Of a DNA stretch of 64,000 nt, positions 36,844-51,536 are shown piece after piece. The notes under the pieces are model-generated. The model was not told the DNA's origin, ran no database searches, and saw only the letters and a program-made list of their open reading frames with translations. Positions within the stretch are counted from its first letter, which is position 1, and each line of letters starts with the position of its first letter. The translations under genes were made by a program, and so were the position numbers. Origin of the DNA: Octopus bimaculoides (Eukaryota); contig NC_068987.1 in the NCBI RefSeq assembly GCF_001194135.2, positions 90,021,461 through 90,085,460 on the forward strand, read 5' to 3'.

Positions 36844-38037
36844 ACCTAGTGTTTAATGAACAAACACTTAATCCAATTAATCAATTTGCTACTAAAATTG
36901 GGTCAGAAAAGCAGAAGCATTTATTCAAATTAACCTCATTTTTATTTGATTTCTTTTACAAAACCATGCAGACTTTATGTCATATAATGTAAATACCAAG
37001 GCTTCTTACATGGAACCAGCACCAACAAGGTCACCAAATACTTTGCAAGGGAAGCCAGATGAGAGATTTAAGGTGTAGAAGGGACAGGTATAGGGGTTTT
37101 GCTGTAGTGTAGATACATAGCTACTCCCCCCCCCCCCACATACACAAGTTTCCAACTAGATTCACTCACAAGGCATTGGTAGTTTAGCGCAATAATAGGA
37201 GACATTTGCTGAAGATTACACACAGCAGGATTGAACCTAAAACTATGTGGTTGCAAAACAAGCTTCTTAACCACAGACATGCCTGCACTTTAGAGAGATT
37301 TGAAACCAGAATCCCTCGAGATGTCTTCAGTGTATGATAATTCCTTTACTTCACTGGCTGACACCAAGTAAATCCTTCAATCAAATCTCATTTGAAAGAT
37401 GGAATACATAAAAGATTGACTAATCTAAAATTGTAAAAAAAAAATGTTTTTAATCCAGATTAAGTAATCAACAAACTATAAAAACAAGAACAAAAACAAT
37501 AAAACCAAACAACTTGAAATGAAGATTCCAGAGGCAGGACATAAAAAGGAAAATCACAAGAAAATTATCGCAACTCTTGAAATATTTCAAGAGAAAATAA
37601 ATTAAGAAATACAGAACAAAAGAATACAAGAAGATTCTTCTAAGAACTCTTGAGATTAGATTTCAAAAACTAAAATTAAGCTGAGCCATGTAAAATATAT
37701 TTAAACTTTTTAAAACAAATCATTTAAGGAAAGAAAAAAAAAAATCTTAGTTTCTATTTTATTTTTATTTATTATTTTTTTAGAATATATTTTTCTTTAT
37801 TTTCTACCTTAGCACTCACATTACTATCAAATGTAATGCTTATTTAATCACATTATTTTGAATTAATCTTGCATTATACTGTAGCTTCAAAATTTCAAAG
37901 GTATGATTATTTTATTTTTAGAATGACATAATAGGGTAGGTGTGAGAGGCCAGATCTGGCTGGTTTGAACATAAAACAAATGGAATATTGAGCTGAATAT
38001 GTTAAAGGGAGAAAGGTAAAAGTGAAAGATGAATATC

Positions 38038-38174
38038 AGGTGCAGGTGTGGCTGTGTGGTGAGTAGCTTGCTTACCAACCACATGGTTCCGGGTTCAGTC
38101 CCACTGCATGGCACCTTGGGCTGACCAAAGTCTTGTGAGTGGATTTGGTAGACAGAAACTGAAAGAAGCCCATC

Positions 38175-38249
<75 letters not shown>

Positions 38250-38463
38250 TATATGTTTGTGTGTCTGTGTTTGTCCCCCCCAACATCACTTGACAACCGA
38301 TGCTGGTGTGTTTACGTCCCCGTCACTTAGCGGTTCAGCAAGAGAGACCAATAAGTACTAGGCTTACAAAGAATAAGTCCTGGGATCGATTTGCTCAACT
38401 AAAGGCAATGCTCCAGTATGGCCGCAGTCAAATGACTGAAACAAATAAAAGAATAAAAGAATA
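38038..38463 (+). mobile_element. Full-length tRNA-derived SINE family B with internal (TG)n
   Basis: A-box-like tggctgtgtgg and B-box-like gggttcagtcc, body, (TG)n at about 38178-38250, 3' half and aaaaga tail. Further copies near 23880-24160, 27760-27980, 28510-28682, 37120-37290, 40040-40165, 41450-41605, 43680-43840, 45070-46235, 49905-50265, 58480-58660, 62500-62840 and 63235-63570. Confidence 0.9.
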
Positions 38464-40199
38464 CAAACTGAACAACAGAAATGAACCAGATGCCATAAGA
38501 GATTCTATGCATTTATTTAGACAGCTAGAAAATGCACCCAAATTGCCTTCAAATCACACCACCACTGTTAAAAAAAAAAGGAAAGAAAAGATAGGATGGT
38601 CATAATTGGAAAAGATTTACTCAGATCTGAACAAGAACAAAAGTGGACGTTATAGTCCATTTGTTTCAGAGGGGGACTGTGGGGGAAGGAGAACAAATAG
38701 TTTAATATATAGGGAGATGGAAGGAGAAATAGAAGGTGAAGGGTGATATAGTGATGAGAGAGGGGAAAATGGTGGGGGAAGGGTGAAGAGAGGAAAAGGA
38801 CAAATGGAGAAGAGAAGGGAGAAAAAAATGAAAAGAAAGAGGAAAAGCAAAAGAAGAGTGAAGACAAAGAGAGGAGAGAATGAAAGGAAGGCAGGAAAAG
38901 ATAGGAGAGACAGACAGACAGACAGAGATGAACACAAATGGAAGGCGAAGGTGAAAAGATAAATAGAAAAAATGGGGGGGGGGGAGAAATGAAAGAAAAG
39001 GTTAAAGAAGGAAGAAAAGGAAAGAGTGAAATTGAGAAGGTGAGAAAGTATAAAGAAAAAGAGGAAGAGAGAAATAAAATTTCTTTGGAGAATTGTGATA
39101 GCAATATAATATATATTGAATATGTTTTGATATAATTAAGTAAAATGAATAATAATCAATTTGTATTAAAAGTGATCAATAATCAATGTGAGCATTCTAG
39201 GAAAATAAAAGAAAAACTGTCTAATCAATAAATTTGGTTTCAATACAAATTAACCTTTAATCAATATCAAGATGGTATTTCATTTTTCTATTTGGTTTGT
39301 AAGACTCTTTCTGTGAATTCAGGTGTTGAACCACATTCTGCTGTACGTCAGCAAGGTCATTATGCCACTAATAAAGTCAGCTGGCAAAAATCACTTGTAC
39401 CTGTAACTCAAAGGGGGCCAGCCTTGTTACATTGTCTTATGCTGCATCTCTCTGAGAACTACATTAAGGGTACATGTGTCTATGGAGTACTCAGCCACTT
39501 GCATGTTAATTTCATGAGCACATTGTTCCATTGATAGGATCGACTGGAACCCTCATAATCATAACAAGTCATTATTTTTTTTTTAATTAGCATAAGCTCT
39601 GGTTCTATTTCACTTTTGTATTATTTATTTGTCAATTGGTTAACCCCCTAATTAATCATTTGTTTGATTAATCATTTGGACAATCAGATTCATCAAAATC
39701 CTTTCTTTATCAGTTGTGACCTCATCAATGACATTCCCCCCTCTTTAATCCTGGACTGCTTCAGGTCTCATTATTGGCACAATGACACTCCCAAGATACA
39801 ACAAAACATCAAAATGGTAGATCAACAGAATCAGACAAAAATGACTTGCTGCATTTAGTTGCAGTTCAACATTCTGAGTTTAAATGTTGTCTGGGTCAAC
39901 ACAAGGCTTTCATCCTTGTCTCTATGTCACTTATTCTATCCTCACACTTGAATATGAGGCCAGTTCCTATCGTTAGACATTATTATTATTATTCCAATAG
40001 TACTACAATAAATGTTATCAAATTAAATCAAGAAAGGTGTAGGCATGGCTATGTGGTTAAGAAGCTTGCTTTGCAACCATTTGCTTTCAGGTTCAGTCCT
40101 ACTGCATGGCACTGAGGCCAGGGTCTTCCATTACAGCCCCAGGCTGACCAATGCCTTGGCTATAGTCATCACTTGAGAGAAGAACCAGCACACATTTAC

Positions 40200-40925
40200 T
40201 GTGCTACCAGTCACCCCCCCCCCCTCTCTTTGGATCAATGTCCTATTAACATCCATTTCTCATTCTCCTCATCCATTCCCTCACTGTTTTCACTGATAGC
40301 TACATCTTAGGTTTGCCATATTTCGTATCTGCTGTCATTCTCGTTGTCCTCTCATATCAACCACTGATGCCCCTCCTCCAGCTTTGTTTCCCCTATTTGC
40401 TATAGCCACCCTTTTGTACCTCTCATCTCCATCTGTCACTGTACATCTTCCTTGTCCCACTCTTACACTTTCCACACCATCTCTCCATTTTCTGATCTAT
40501 CCTCCTTTCTGAGCCACTTCTCTCTCACCCTTGCCCCCCCCACCACCACCACAACCATACTGGTATTTCCCATCAACCATCGCTCACAACATTTCTTCCA
40601 TCTCTAACCATGTTATTCTTCTCTCATATTCTTATGCAATTACTCCCTCACCTTTTCCCAATCTCTACATTCATTCTTACACTCAGCTTCATGTACCTGA
40701 AGAGTTTGCTCTGGTACCTCATCAACACGATCTTTATCTTCTCCCCAGCTTCCCCCACCCAGTCTTATATAATGCAGGGTAGCCATGTATATCCTCCATA
40801 CCAAGACAAGATAGGCTTGTCCTTCTATCATACATTTGATAGAGTCCCTGTATTATATGCTTCTCAACACCCAGCATACAGTCGCTGCCCTCTCTCATAC
40901 ACTATCACACACACACAATTTAAGA
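40200..40925 (+). mobile_element. Decayed Penelope-like ORF (RT region)
   Basis: LYLLPSFPHP..NAG*PCISS....IQSLPSLIHYHTH resembles the PLE FYLLPKIHKP..PGRPIVS..VQSLPSYIKDT motif. Confidence 0.55.
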
Positions 40926-42246
40926 AGCTTTTTACTTTTTGCATATGGCAAGTTACTCAACAACCTGACTAGTTCCAGTAGCATGGGAAAAGCACCCAGT
41001 ACACTCTTCAGTGGTTGGCATTGGGAAGGGCATCCAGCAGTAGAAACCAGGGCAAAGCAGACGTTGGAAGCTCACTGCAGCCTGGCAGCTTGCCAGATCC
41101 TGTCAAACTGTTCAACTCATACCAGCATGGAAAGCAGACAGATTCTTTTGATTCAAGCTTTCTTTTTTTTTTTTTTTTTTGTGTGCGTCTTTTCGAAATA
41201 ATTAACTAGTTGGAATGGACAAATAATTATTTTCTAATAAAAAATTTTATTGTTTTGTTTTAGCAGTTCTACAGTTTAACTTTACATTCTTTAAATGAAT
41301 TATTCAACTGTTCAAAAACCATTAACTTTTTCCTAATTGTCATCATCATCATCTGCAACAAAATTTCAATGTTTGTCTTTCTACAATTTCTGCTTAGAAA
41401 TGAGGATATAAACAAACCAATACTGAATGTCAGGCAGTGGTAAGAGTGATGAGATTCTTTCAGTTTCCATCTACTAAATCCACTCATGAGGTTTTGGTCA
41501 GCTTGGGCCCATAGTAAAACACACCTGTCCAAGGTGTCACATAATGAGACTGAACCCAAGACTGCATGGTTGGGAAGCAGGCTTCTTATCCACACAGCCA
41601 CAGACATAAAAAAAAATAATAAATTTTAAAAAAAGCCACAATTATTACATAGTTCTAACAATAATACAACATGATGATAATTCAACTGAAATTCTTTCCA
41701 ACTAAAATAATTTTGGACAATCAAACAGGCACATCATTAAATAAAACATAAAATAAATGAGTGAAATCTTAAATAGCAACAATACCGAACAGGAGTGATG
41801 ACTGTAGCCATTATTTAAAACATTAAAATCAATGTCAGAATCCATTTGCTCGTATTACTCGTTAAATATCATCATGTGACAATTTGTAAAATGTCATTCA
41901 TAGAAGTAATTACAGAATGTGTTGGAAGATAGTCTCATAAAATTGTGTGTGTATGTGTGTGTATGTGTATGCGTGTGTGTGTGTAGCAATTTATCATTTA
42001 CAGCAGCCATATGCAACCCAAATATTCTACCTGTTTTATGTTCAAACTGGCCAGATCCAGCCTCTTAACACCTATCCTACAATGTCATCTAAAAATATAC
42101 AATCACATTGTTGAAATCTCAAATCCAGGAGACAATGTATGATTCATTCAAAACTGTGAATAAATAAGCATTACACTTGGCAGAGTAATCTGAATGCTAA
42201 AGGGTTAAAGAGTTTTTACATTTGATTTTTGTAGGAATTTGTTTAA

Positions 42247-42453
42247 CCCTTTTGAGATCCACCTGGCTGAAACCAGCTCTGGCTCTGTAGTACAAATGTC
42301 TTGTTTTCGTAAATTCTGAATTAAAATCTTCCATCAAACCTTAGTCACAATTTATCTTACTAATGATAAGTTATTTTACTAAATGCTTCGTTATATTTAA
42401 AATTAATTGAAAGAAACACAGAGTATCTCGACAGAGATATGGTAACAAAAGGG
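42247..42453. mobile_element. piggyBac-like MITE (second family), followed by a tandem copy at 42474-42607
   Basis: TTAA-CCCTTTTG ... CAAAAGGG-TTAA; the second copy repeats the internal sequence and runs into a gap. Confidence 0.8.
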
Positions 42454-43419
42454 TTAACAAATGATTAATTTAACCCTTTTGATACCATCCAGGCTCTGAG
42501 TACAAATGTTGTGTTTTCATAAGTTTTGAATTAAAATCTTCCACCAAACCTTAGTCACAATTTATGTTCCTAACACTAGCTTAATGATAACTAAGTTATT
42601 TTACTAANNNNNNNNNNNNNNNNNNNNNNNNNNNNNNNNNNNNNNNNNNNNNNNNNNNNNNNNNNNNNNNNNNNNNNNNNNNNNNNNNNNNNNNNNNNNN
42701 NNNNNNNNNNNNNNNNNNNNNNNNNNNNNNNNNNNNNNNNNNNNNNNNNNNNNNNNNNNNNNNNNNNNNNNNNNNNNNNNNNNNNNNNNNNNNNNNNNNN
42801 NNNNNNNNNNNNNNNNNNNNNNNNNNNNNNNNNNNNNNNNNNNNNNNNNNNNNNNNNNNNNNNNNNNNNNNNNNNNNNNNNNNNNNNNNNNNNNNNNNNN
42901 NNNNNNNNNNNNNNNNNNNNNNNNNNNNNNNNNNNNNNNNNNNNNNNNNNNNNNNNNNNNNNNNNNNNNNNNNNNNNNNNNNNNNNNNNNNNNNNNNNNN
43001 NNNNNNNNNNNNNNNNNNNNNNNNNNNNNNNNNNNNNNNNNNNNNNNNNNNNNNNNNNNNNNNNNNNNNNNNNNNNNNNNNNNNNNNNNNNNNNNNNNNN
43101 NNNNNNNNNNNNNNNNNNNNNNNNNNNNNNNNNNNNNNNNNNNNNNNNNNNNNNNNNNNNNNNNNNNNNNNNNNNNNNNNNNNNNNNNNNNNNNNNNNNN
43201 NNNNNNNNNNNNNNNNNNNNNNNNNNNNNNNNNNNNNNNNNNNNNNNNNNNNNNNNNNNNNNNNNNNNNNNNNNNNNNNNNNNNNNNNNNNNNNNNNNNN
43301 NNNNNNNNNNNNNNNNNNNNNNNNNNNNNNNNNNNNNNNNNNNNNNNNNNNNNNNNNNNNNNNNNNNNNNNNNNNNNNNNNNNNNNNNNNNNNNNNNNNN
43401 NNNNNNNNNNNNNNNNNNN

Positions 43420-43616
43420 TTTCGTGCGGGTGACACGTAAAAGCACCCACTACACTCTCTGAGTGGTTGGCGTTAGGAAGGGCATCCAGCTGTAGAAACT
43501 CTGCCAAATCAGACTAGAGCCTGGTGTTGCCATCCGGTTTCACCAGTCCTCAGTCAAATCGTCCAACCCATGCTAGCATGGAAAGCGGACGTTAAACGAT
43601 GATGATGATGATGATG
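43420..43616 (+). mobile_element. Young RTE 3' UTR
   Basis: Nearly identical to 14615-14800; (GAT)n tail. Other copies near 29615, 40985, 44660, 47470, 47956, 51300 and 56865. Confidence 0.9.
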
Positions 43617-45468
43617 AAGAATCCTTTTAAAACTAACCATGATATTAAAACGGGGATTGAAGTCTTTTATATAAGCACAATCATAGCCAAGCGGTCAGGA
43701 GTTTGCTTCCCAACCACTTGATTCCAGGTTTTGTCCCACTACATGGAACCTTGGTCAAATGCTCCAAGCCAATCAAAACCTTGTGAGTCAATTTGGTAGA
43801 TGAAAACTGTGCAGAATCCCATTGTGTGTGTGTGTTTGTGTGTGTATCCAAATTGAGGGACTGAACAGGTAAATTGCATACTACATACATTTCTTTGTTA
43901 GCTGAATCACTGATTGTAACAAGGTGCCACGCAGTGGGACTGAACCTGGAACCATGTGGTTGGTAAGCAAGCTACTTACCATACAGCCACTCCTACGCCA
44001 ATATGAGAAATTATTTTACTGCTCTAATTAAAAATGTGAATATTTAATTAACAACATTTGGATCTTTTTCCTTTTCTTCTTCCAACCATTTGAAGATCTT
44101 TCAACTTTCAATGGATTGTTTTTAAATTTTCCACACTGATGCAGTTTTGCATTCACAAATGTAATTCAAGAAGAAACAAGGTTTGAGCTTTACTTCTGGC
44201 CGAATTTTTTTCCTCGCACATCACACACACCCGTAAAGAGGCCATTCTTTTATTTTTTTTATATATTTCAGCCTTGAGGCTGTTGCCATGCTGGGGCACC
44301 GCCACGAATGCTTTATTTTCAAGAACAACAATAGACTATGTTTTGTTGGATCTCAGACAGATTAGTATTCCAATAATAAGCATATGCACTGAGTCTGTCT
44401 TCCTTCTTTTATTATTATTGGTCAATTTATTAACCAGTAAACTAATTAACAAATCAATTAATTGCTGTCAGTCAACCAATCTGCTAGGTTTGACCAAACA
44501 ATCATACAATTGATTAGTTAATTGGTTAACTAATTAATAAATAATAATAATAAAAGAAAAAGAAAACCAATGAATGTTTTTATTATGGGCATAATGACCC
44601 ACCCAAGGTACAACAAAATCTGTTTCAACACATGAAGAATCTTGCAAACACCAAATCCTCATCATTGTCGTTTAATGTCTGCTTTCCATGCTGGCATGGG
44701 TTTGACGGTTTGATTGAAGGCTGGCAAACCAGAAAGCTGCATCAGGCTCCAATCTGATCTGGCAAAGTTTCTACAGTTGGATGCCCTTCCTAATGCCAAC
44801 CACATACTAATAATTGAAAAAAGTAAAAAATAAAAGATACCTCTTGAAAGCAGTAATTTTTGAGTTGCTAAATTATTTTACAAAACACCTTTGGACAGTT
44901 TTGTAAGGTAAATATTTTATTTACACTTAAATATTCGTTAACAACAATTAAGAAGTTTACACAAAAGCCATGAAAACATTTCTTATTGAGAAAGAAATTC
45001 ACTAAAGTTTTGTTTTCTCAATTCGCTTACATAAGAGGAAGCTCTGGCTAAGATATTCATATCTTTGACAGTTTGTCAATCATTGGACAGCAGCCATGCT
45101 GGAGCAGAACCTTGAAGGGTTCAGTCAAACAAATCGACCCTAGTACTTACTTCTTAAGTCTGGTGCTTATTCTGTCAGTTTTTTTTCACTGAACTGCTAA
45201 GTTACAGGAACATATATAAACCAACACCCACAGTCAGGTGTTGGGGGAAGACAAACACACACACACGTCTTTTGCTTGTTTTAGTCATTTGACTGTGGCC
45301 ATGCTGGGGCACTGCCTTGAGGGGTTTTAGTTGAACAAATCAACCCCAGGACTTATTTTTTTCTAAGCCTAGTACTTATTCTATCAGTATCTTCTGCCAA
45401 ACCACTAAGTTACAGGGATGTAAACACCAATTGTCAAGCGGCAGTGGTGGACAAATACAAGCACAAAA

Positions 45469-45503
<35 letters not shown>

Positions 45504-47953
45504 ACAGGCTTCTTTCAGTTTCCCTCTACCAAATCCACTCACAAGGCTTGGATCAGCCCAAGGCTATAGTAGACGACACTTGCCCAAGGTGCTGCCATGC
45601 CATGAGACTGAACCCAAAACCACATGGTTGCAAAGTAAGCCTCTATAACCACACAGCCATACATGCACTTAAAAGAAATATTGTGGACAAAATTATCATA
45701 AAAAAAAAATAAAATTCCCTTTGATCAACCACTAACATCACTGACGCACATATCGAGAAAGATGAGAGGTTTTCTAACAGAACCTTGATTAGGAATGTCG
45801 TTTACAGAGAAAACACCTGAGTAAATATTGTAGAAGATATTTCTATTGAGTTTGCAAAATATGAAAGGAAATATTTTAAAAATAAACATTTTTACTTAAA
45901 CAATATCGTTTATCTTTTATAGTTAATATATTGCGGCCAAGCTGGGGCAGCACCTTGAAAGGTTTTAGTCAAACAAATCAACCCTAGTATTAGTGTCTTT
46001 TGTTGAACTGCTAAGTAAGGGGGGACATAAACAAACCAACAGCTGTTGTCAAGTGGGAGTGGTGAGGCAAATACAGATACACACATGATGGGCTTCTACA
46101 CAGTGTCCATCTGCCAAATTCACTTGCAGGGCATTGGTCATCCTGGGGCTACAGCAGAAAACACTGTCATGCAGTGGGACTGACCCTAAAACTATGTGAC
46201 TGCACGGTAAACTTCTTAACCTCACAATCATGCCTCTACCTAAAATGAGGAACTAAATTTATCAAACCTTCACCAAAGAAGGCAATCTAGATTTCAATGA
46301 TAAATCTGACTAAAAACCATCTTATATAACATCTTTTCTGGAAAAGTAAGTTCCTAATTCTTTGAGAAACCCTGAATTTTTAAAATAAATATATATTTAT
46401 ATTAACCCTTTAGCATTCAGACTCTTTTGTTAAATGTAAAGCTTATGGATTCACACTGTTTTGAATTAATCATGGATTATCTCATAGCAGTGAGATTTTG
46501 ATGATGTGATTATTTAGTTTTAGAATGGCATTGTAGAGGAGATGTGAGATATTGAATCTGGCCAGCTTGAACACAAGTCAAGGTATAATATTTGGACTGG
46601 ATAAGGCTGGCTTAAATGAAAAAGAGCTAAACGGTAGCAGGTTGTGGGGTTAAGAAGCTTGTTTCCCAAGCATGTGGCTTCAGATTCAATCTCAGACAAT
46701 TCAAGCAAATGTCTTCTGCTGGAGATCTGGGTCAACCAAAGCCTTGTGAGTGAATTTGGTAGAATGAAAGTGAAAGTGGTCTGTTGTGTGTGTTTTCTTA
46801 GTCTTGACGGCACAAGATAGTTGTAAATGAGTGTCACCATCATACAAGCAGTGTCCATCGTTTTTAGTCTTCCATGAAAACATGTCCAGCCAGGGGAAAA
46901 CATTACCTAACTTGGAAACAGGTGAGGGTTAACAATGGGAAAAGCATCAGTTCATACAAAATCTGCTTTGATGAAGTCCTTCTGATCCATACAAGCATGG
47001 AAAAGTAAATTTGTTCACACGCATACACACAAAGTGTGTGAGTGTACATATAAATGTTCACACACACTGAGTGGTGTGTATAAGCCATGGTAACAGGTGT
47101 GAAACATTTAGCTTGAAGTGAGGAATTTTTCTTCCCTATCCAGCCAGTGAATTTAATCCATTGATCAGGAGTTTCAATTGCGTTGTGTATAAATCAGTCA
47201 CTCAGCAATTTAACTACTTGACCTACTTAACTGCTCTAAACTTCACACATTAAAAATACAAACAACTGGAATGGATAGCTTTTCAGAAAGATGTGTAGAT
47301 GCTATAGACTTAGAATATTTCATTTTTATTAGATTCAAATGTTCAAGCAACGAAAGTCTACCAGAATGGAAAAGTCAAAAGACTAACATGTGTTTAGCCA
47401 TGACAAAACCATTTAGCTGTCCACAGCAGAGTTTACCAGGCTCTTAATAAATAACAAAGAATCAGCATCATTGTTTACCATTTATTTTCCATGTTGGCAT
47501 TGGTTGGATGGTTTGAGAGGAGCTAACAAGGCCAAGAGATACACCTGGTTCCAGTGTTTCTCTTTGGTTTAGTTTCTACGGCTGGATGCCCTTCCTAATG
47601 CCAGCCATTTTACAAAGTTTACTGGGTGCTTTTATGTGGCACTAGCTGGGAAAAGGTCACCGAGTACTTTGCAAGACAAAAAACCCTCAACTGGGAGTGG
47701 GGAGTAATGTCGAGTGGGTGTGTGGCTTTGTGTCAGTTGAGATTTCTAAGGTATAGAAGGATTGATTTTTGATGTAAGAACAAATCCTCAAATTTGGGGA
47801 AGGTATGGTTTATTAAATCAAGCCCAGCACTTGACTTGCCCAGGCTTAGGTGCTCTTGTGTCAGGCAATGCATGATGTAATCAAATTACTCCAGCAAGAT
47901 CAGTCAACAGCTACCTCAATGCATTGTTCTATCATAGGTTTACCAGCTGATGG

Positions 47954-47988
<35 letters not shown>

Positions 47989-48234
47989 TTAGCGTCCGCT
48001 TTCCATGCTAGCATGGGTTGGATGATTTGACTGAGGACTGGTGAACCGGATGGCTGCACCAGGCTCCAATCTGATCTGGCAGAGTTTCTACAGCTGGATG
48101 CCCTTCCTAATGTCCCTACTGATAATTTAGTGAGTCCATTTTGGGATGTCCCCTGTCCTGTTGCCTCTGAGGGTTCCACTTAGGGACTTAAGTCTTATGA
48201 CATATCTCAGCCAAGAGGAAAAGTTATCTCGAGA

Positions 48235-48560
48235 GCTTTTTCCTTTCATGTGGGATTCCCTTTAAACTTTGGTTTTGGGGTCATAGCCATAGACCCACAA
48301 TTTGTCACCTGTTATGACTGGTTCCAAAAGGTCTTCATCTTCTTTGACACAATCAAGGATATCCCATGCAACTGAAACCCAATCATCTGTTTTCTGAGGA
48401 CCACATTCTACACACATTACCTCCAAACACTGCTATAAACAATGGAAGTGAGCGACAACCTTATAACTTAGTGTGCAAGTGTGAGAGAGTTCAAGGTCAA
48501 TTTGTGCCAAGTGGTTTCACTCTGCGTACTTTAGCTCCGTTACCATAACAACAATCCTGA
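48235..48560 (-). mobile_element. mariner transposase fragment
   Basis: VSVAWDILDCVKEDEDLLEPVITGDKLWVYGYDPKTKV* contains the ITGDE.W.Y.YDP first-D motif. Confidence 0.85.
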
Positions 48561-51536
48561 TACCATTTGATCAGACATTGTATATCATTACAGGTTGTTG
48601 TCATAGACGAAACAGAGCAGCTAAAACGAGAAAGTAATATGAGAGAGCAAGAGAGAATTTGACTGAAGAGACACAGTATATGTCATAATACAAAGTGGTT
48701 TTACACTACCACCACCACCACAAAATTAAAGAGGGGAAAACACAAAAAGTAGGTAATATATTAAGTGACTGGTTTTAACTATTTTCAAATCTGGATGGAA
48801 TAATAATTGTGAAGATGTAATCATTTCCCTCTTAAAATACATACCGTGAGCAGAATCACAAGCAAGAATGGTATGTATGGTATCAGATAAATTTTTTTAA
48901 AAAATAAACAGTTAATTTAACATTCATGTTAAATTTTGTTTTGCTTGAATACAGTCAAGTCGCTTGTCAACAATAATAATCTACAGCTCTTGTGGAATGG
49001 TTAGAATTCCTCCTCCTTACTACCACCACCACCACCACCACCACCACCAGTGTCAAATTAGAGTTTAAAAAAACTCTTGCTTCCATTCATTTAACTGGTT
49101 TGTGTTGGTTACTAAAATGTGTGTTAGGTTATATAAATGTTAGTGAGAAGGGAAGAATATGAAAGAGAAGGAAAGGACAAAGAGGAAGAAGGAGAAAAAA
49201 CAAAGGAAAGAAAAAGGGGAAGGAAGAAGGAAATCACAAAACTCTGGAGAAGGAAGAAGCAAGGAAAGAAAATAAAGAGGAAAAGAAGTGGTGAGAAAGA
49301 AAACAAAGATGGACAGGAGAGGAAAGACAGAAAGGAAGAGAAATGCAGGAAGAGAGGAGAGCAAAAGAGGGAGAAATGAAGAGCAGAGAGAGAAGAGTGA
49401 AAAAAAAAAATTGAGAGAGATGTCAATATGGGCAAGAACATAAAACAAACAACCAATAGAATGAAATAAGCTCAATTAGAGAATATTTTTAAAAATTCAA
49501 GAGAATGGAGACAGAACATTTATTATTATTATTATTATTGACCTTCTGCTGGCATTATTATAAGCAGCAATGACATTTTCCTCAAAATGATTCTGTCATC
49601 TTACAAAGGCACAACAATGCCTGTATGTAGGGGATCTTTAGTCCAGAAACACCTCTCACTGGTAGCTAGGAAATCACAACTATGACATTTAATACCCAGC
49701 TGCAGCAAGCCAGTCCACCAATAGAATGGAAATGGTTTTAAAAGCTTATATCAGTTTTTAAGCCAACAAGGAAATGTTCTAAACAGGTGCTTGCACTGCT
49801 TGAAATAGGAACCAAATCTTTCCTCAAATCATATACCCTACCATGTTTTAAAATAAAAGAGATTTTACGAAATGCAGTCCAAGATATACTATGCCAGAAA
49901 AATAGAAGACTGTGTGATCAAGAAGCTCACTTTGCAACGATGTAGTTTCAAGTTCAGTCCCACTGTGCAGCACCTTGGGCAAGTGTCTTCTATTATAGCC
50001 ACGGGGCCAACCAATGTCTTGTGAGGTAGACAGAAATCTTGTGGCAGCTTGGCACATGCATTTGAGTTTGCACATGCACATCTGTATGTCTCTCTTCACC
50101 ACTTGACAAATGTTGGTTTCTTTACATCCCCATAAGTTAGCAGTGCAGCAGAAAAGATCGATAGAATAATTACCAGACTTAAAAATTACAATCTATTCAA
50201 CTAATTCCTTCAAGGTAATGCCCCAGCATGACCACAGTACAATGATTGAAATGAGTAAAAGATAAGAGATCTTTTCAATTAGAATCAATTCAAGTTAAAA
50301 ATGGTATTTTTTTTTCTGCAAGAAACTGTCTTGTGTTTAGTCAAATTGAAATCAATATTTTGTGAAATAAGCAAATGAGAATCAAGTTACAAATTAACAG
50401 ACTCCGTCTAAAATGATGTTAGACATTATAAACATCAATTGGAGACAAGAAAACAAACAAACAAAACTATCAGATCCAATAGCAAGATTTCAACTTTGTT
50501 TTGTCGAAAGAGGAAACAACACCTACCATTCCATCTTCTCAAATTAGGAATTTGAATCTTCCATGTTATTTTACCAAAGTACAAGATAATTAATTCAGTC
50601 AGTTAATGTTGGCATGGAAGGTTCACCATCAGCATTGTTTTAACGTCCATTTTTCCATGCTTGCATGGGTCATCAAGGCAGATTTTCTATGGTTGGATGC
50701 CCTTCCCATCACCAACCCTTACCTGTTTCCAAGCAAGTTTATATTTCCCTACAGTCTGAGATGTTTTTGCACAATATTGGAAATGAATTACGCACACACA
50801 CACATGCAACAGGTGTTTTTCAATTTCCATCTACAAAGTCCAAGCCCAGGGATATAGTAGTCCTCCCTTGACCAAGGTGCCATGCAGTGGGACTGAACCC
50901 CAAATCCATGTGATTGGAAGGCAAACTTCTAAACCCCTCAGCCACACCATTAATTTCCATCCAATCGAGATGTCCCAGTTAGTTTCAAAATTTACCCGAG
51001 ATAGACCTCTCGCAGGAATGATTTAAGACCACTCAATGAACCAACCAAAATAATAAAGGGGAAAATGTTTTGGTAGTTTATAATTTTTACTTCCATTCTA
51101 CTTGTAGGGAAAAGGAATTGGCACCCATTATGAGCTGCTGATCCCCCAAAAAAATCCAATGGAATCTCTCTCTCACACACACACACTTGAAATAAAAGAT
51201 AGGAGAGACAAAAAATAAAATGAAACTTTTTTTTACAAACTTACAAAGTAAAATTATTTTGATCTTTTAATATTGGACATTACAAGCACCAATTTGAGAT
51301 CATCATCATCATTTAAATGTGCTTTCCATGCTGGCATGGGTTGGACGATCTGACAGGGGCTGGCAAGCCAAACTGCTACTCCAGGCTCCAATTGTCTGTT
51401 TTGGCAAGGTTTCTATGACTGGATGCCCTTCCTAATGCCAACCAATTTATAGAGTGTTCTGGGTGCTTTATATGTGGTGGCAGAAAGGGGTGCTGAGAAA
51501 CTGTAAAACTGGAGTGATTTCAACCACATATTTACT

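Noticed and set aside
38568-39135. Hydrophobic or Lys/Glu-rich ORFs here and at 49124-49475
   Set aside because: Translations of low-complexity purine/pyrimidine tracts.
48539-48552. X-box-like GTTACCATAACAAC
   Set aside because: One mismatch to the consensus and within the probable mariner 5' region.
48590-48660. VVVIDETEQL Walker-B-like peptide after a cag acceptor
   Set aside because: Too short, weak donor, an early stop, and adjacent to mariner 5' sequence.
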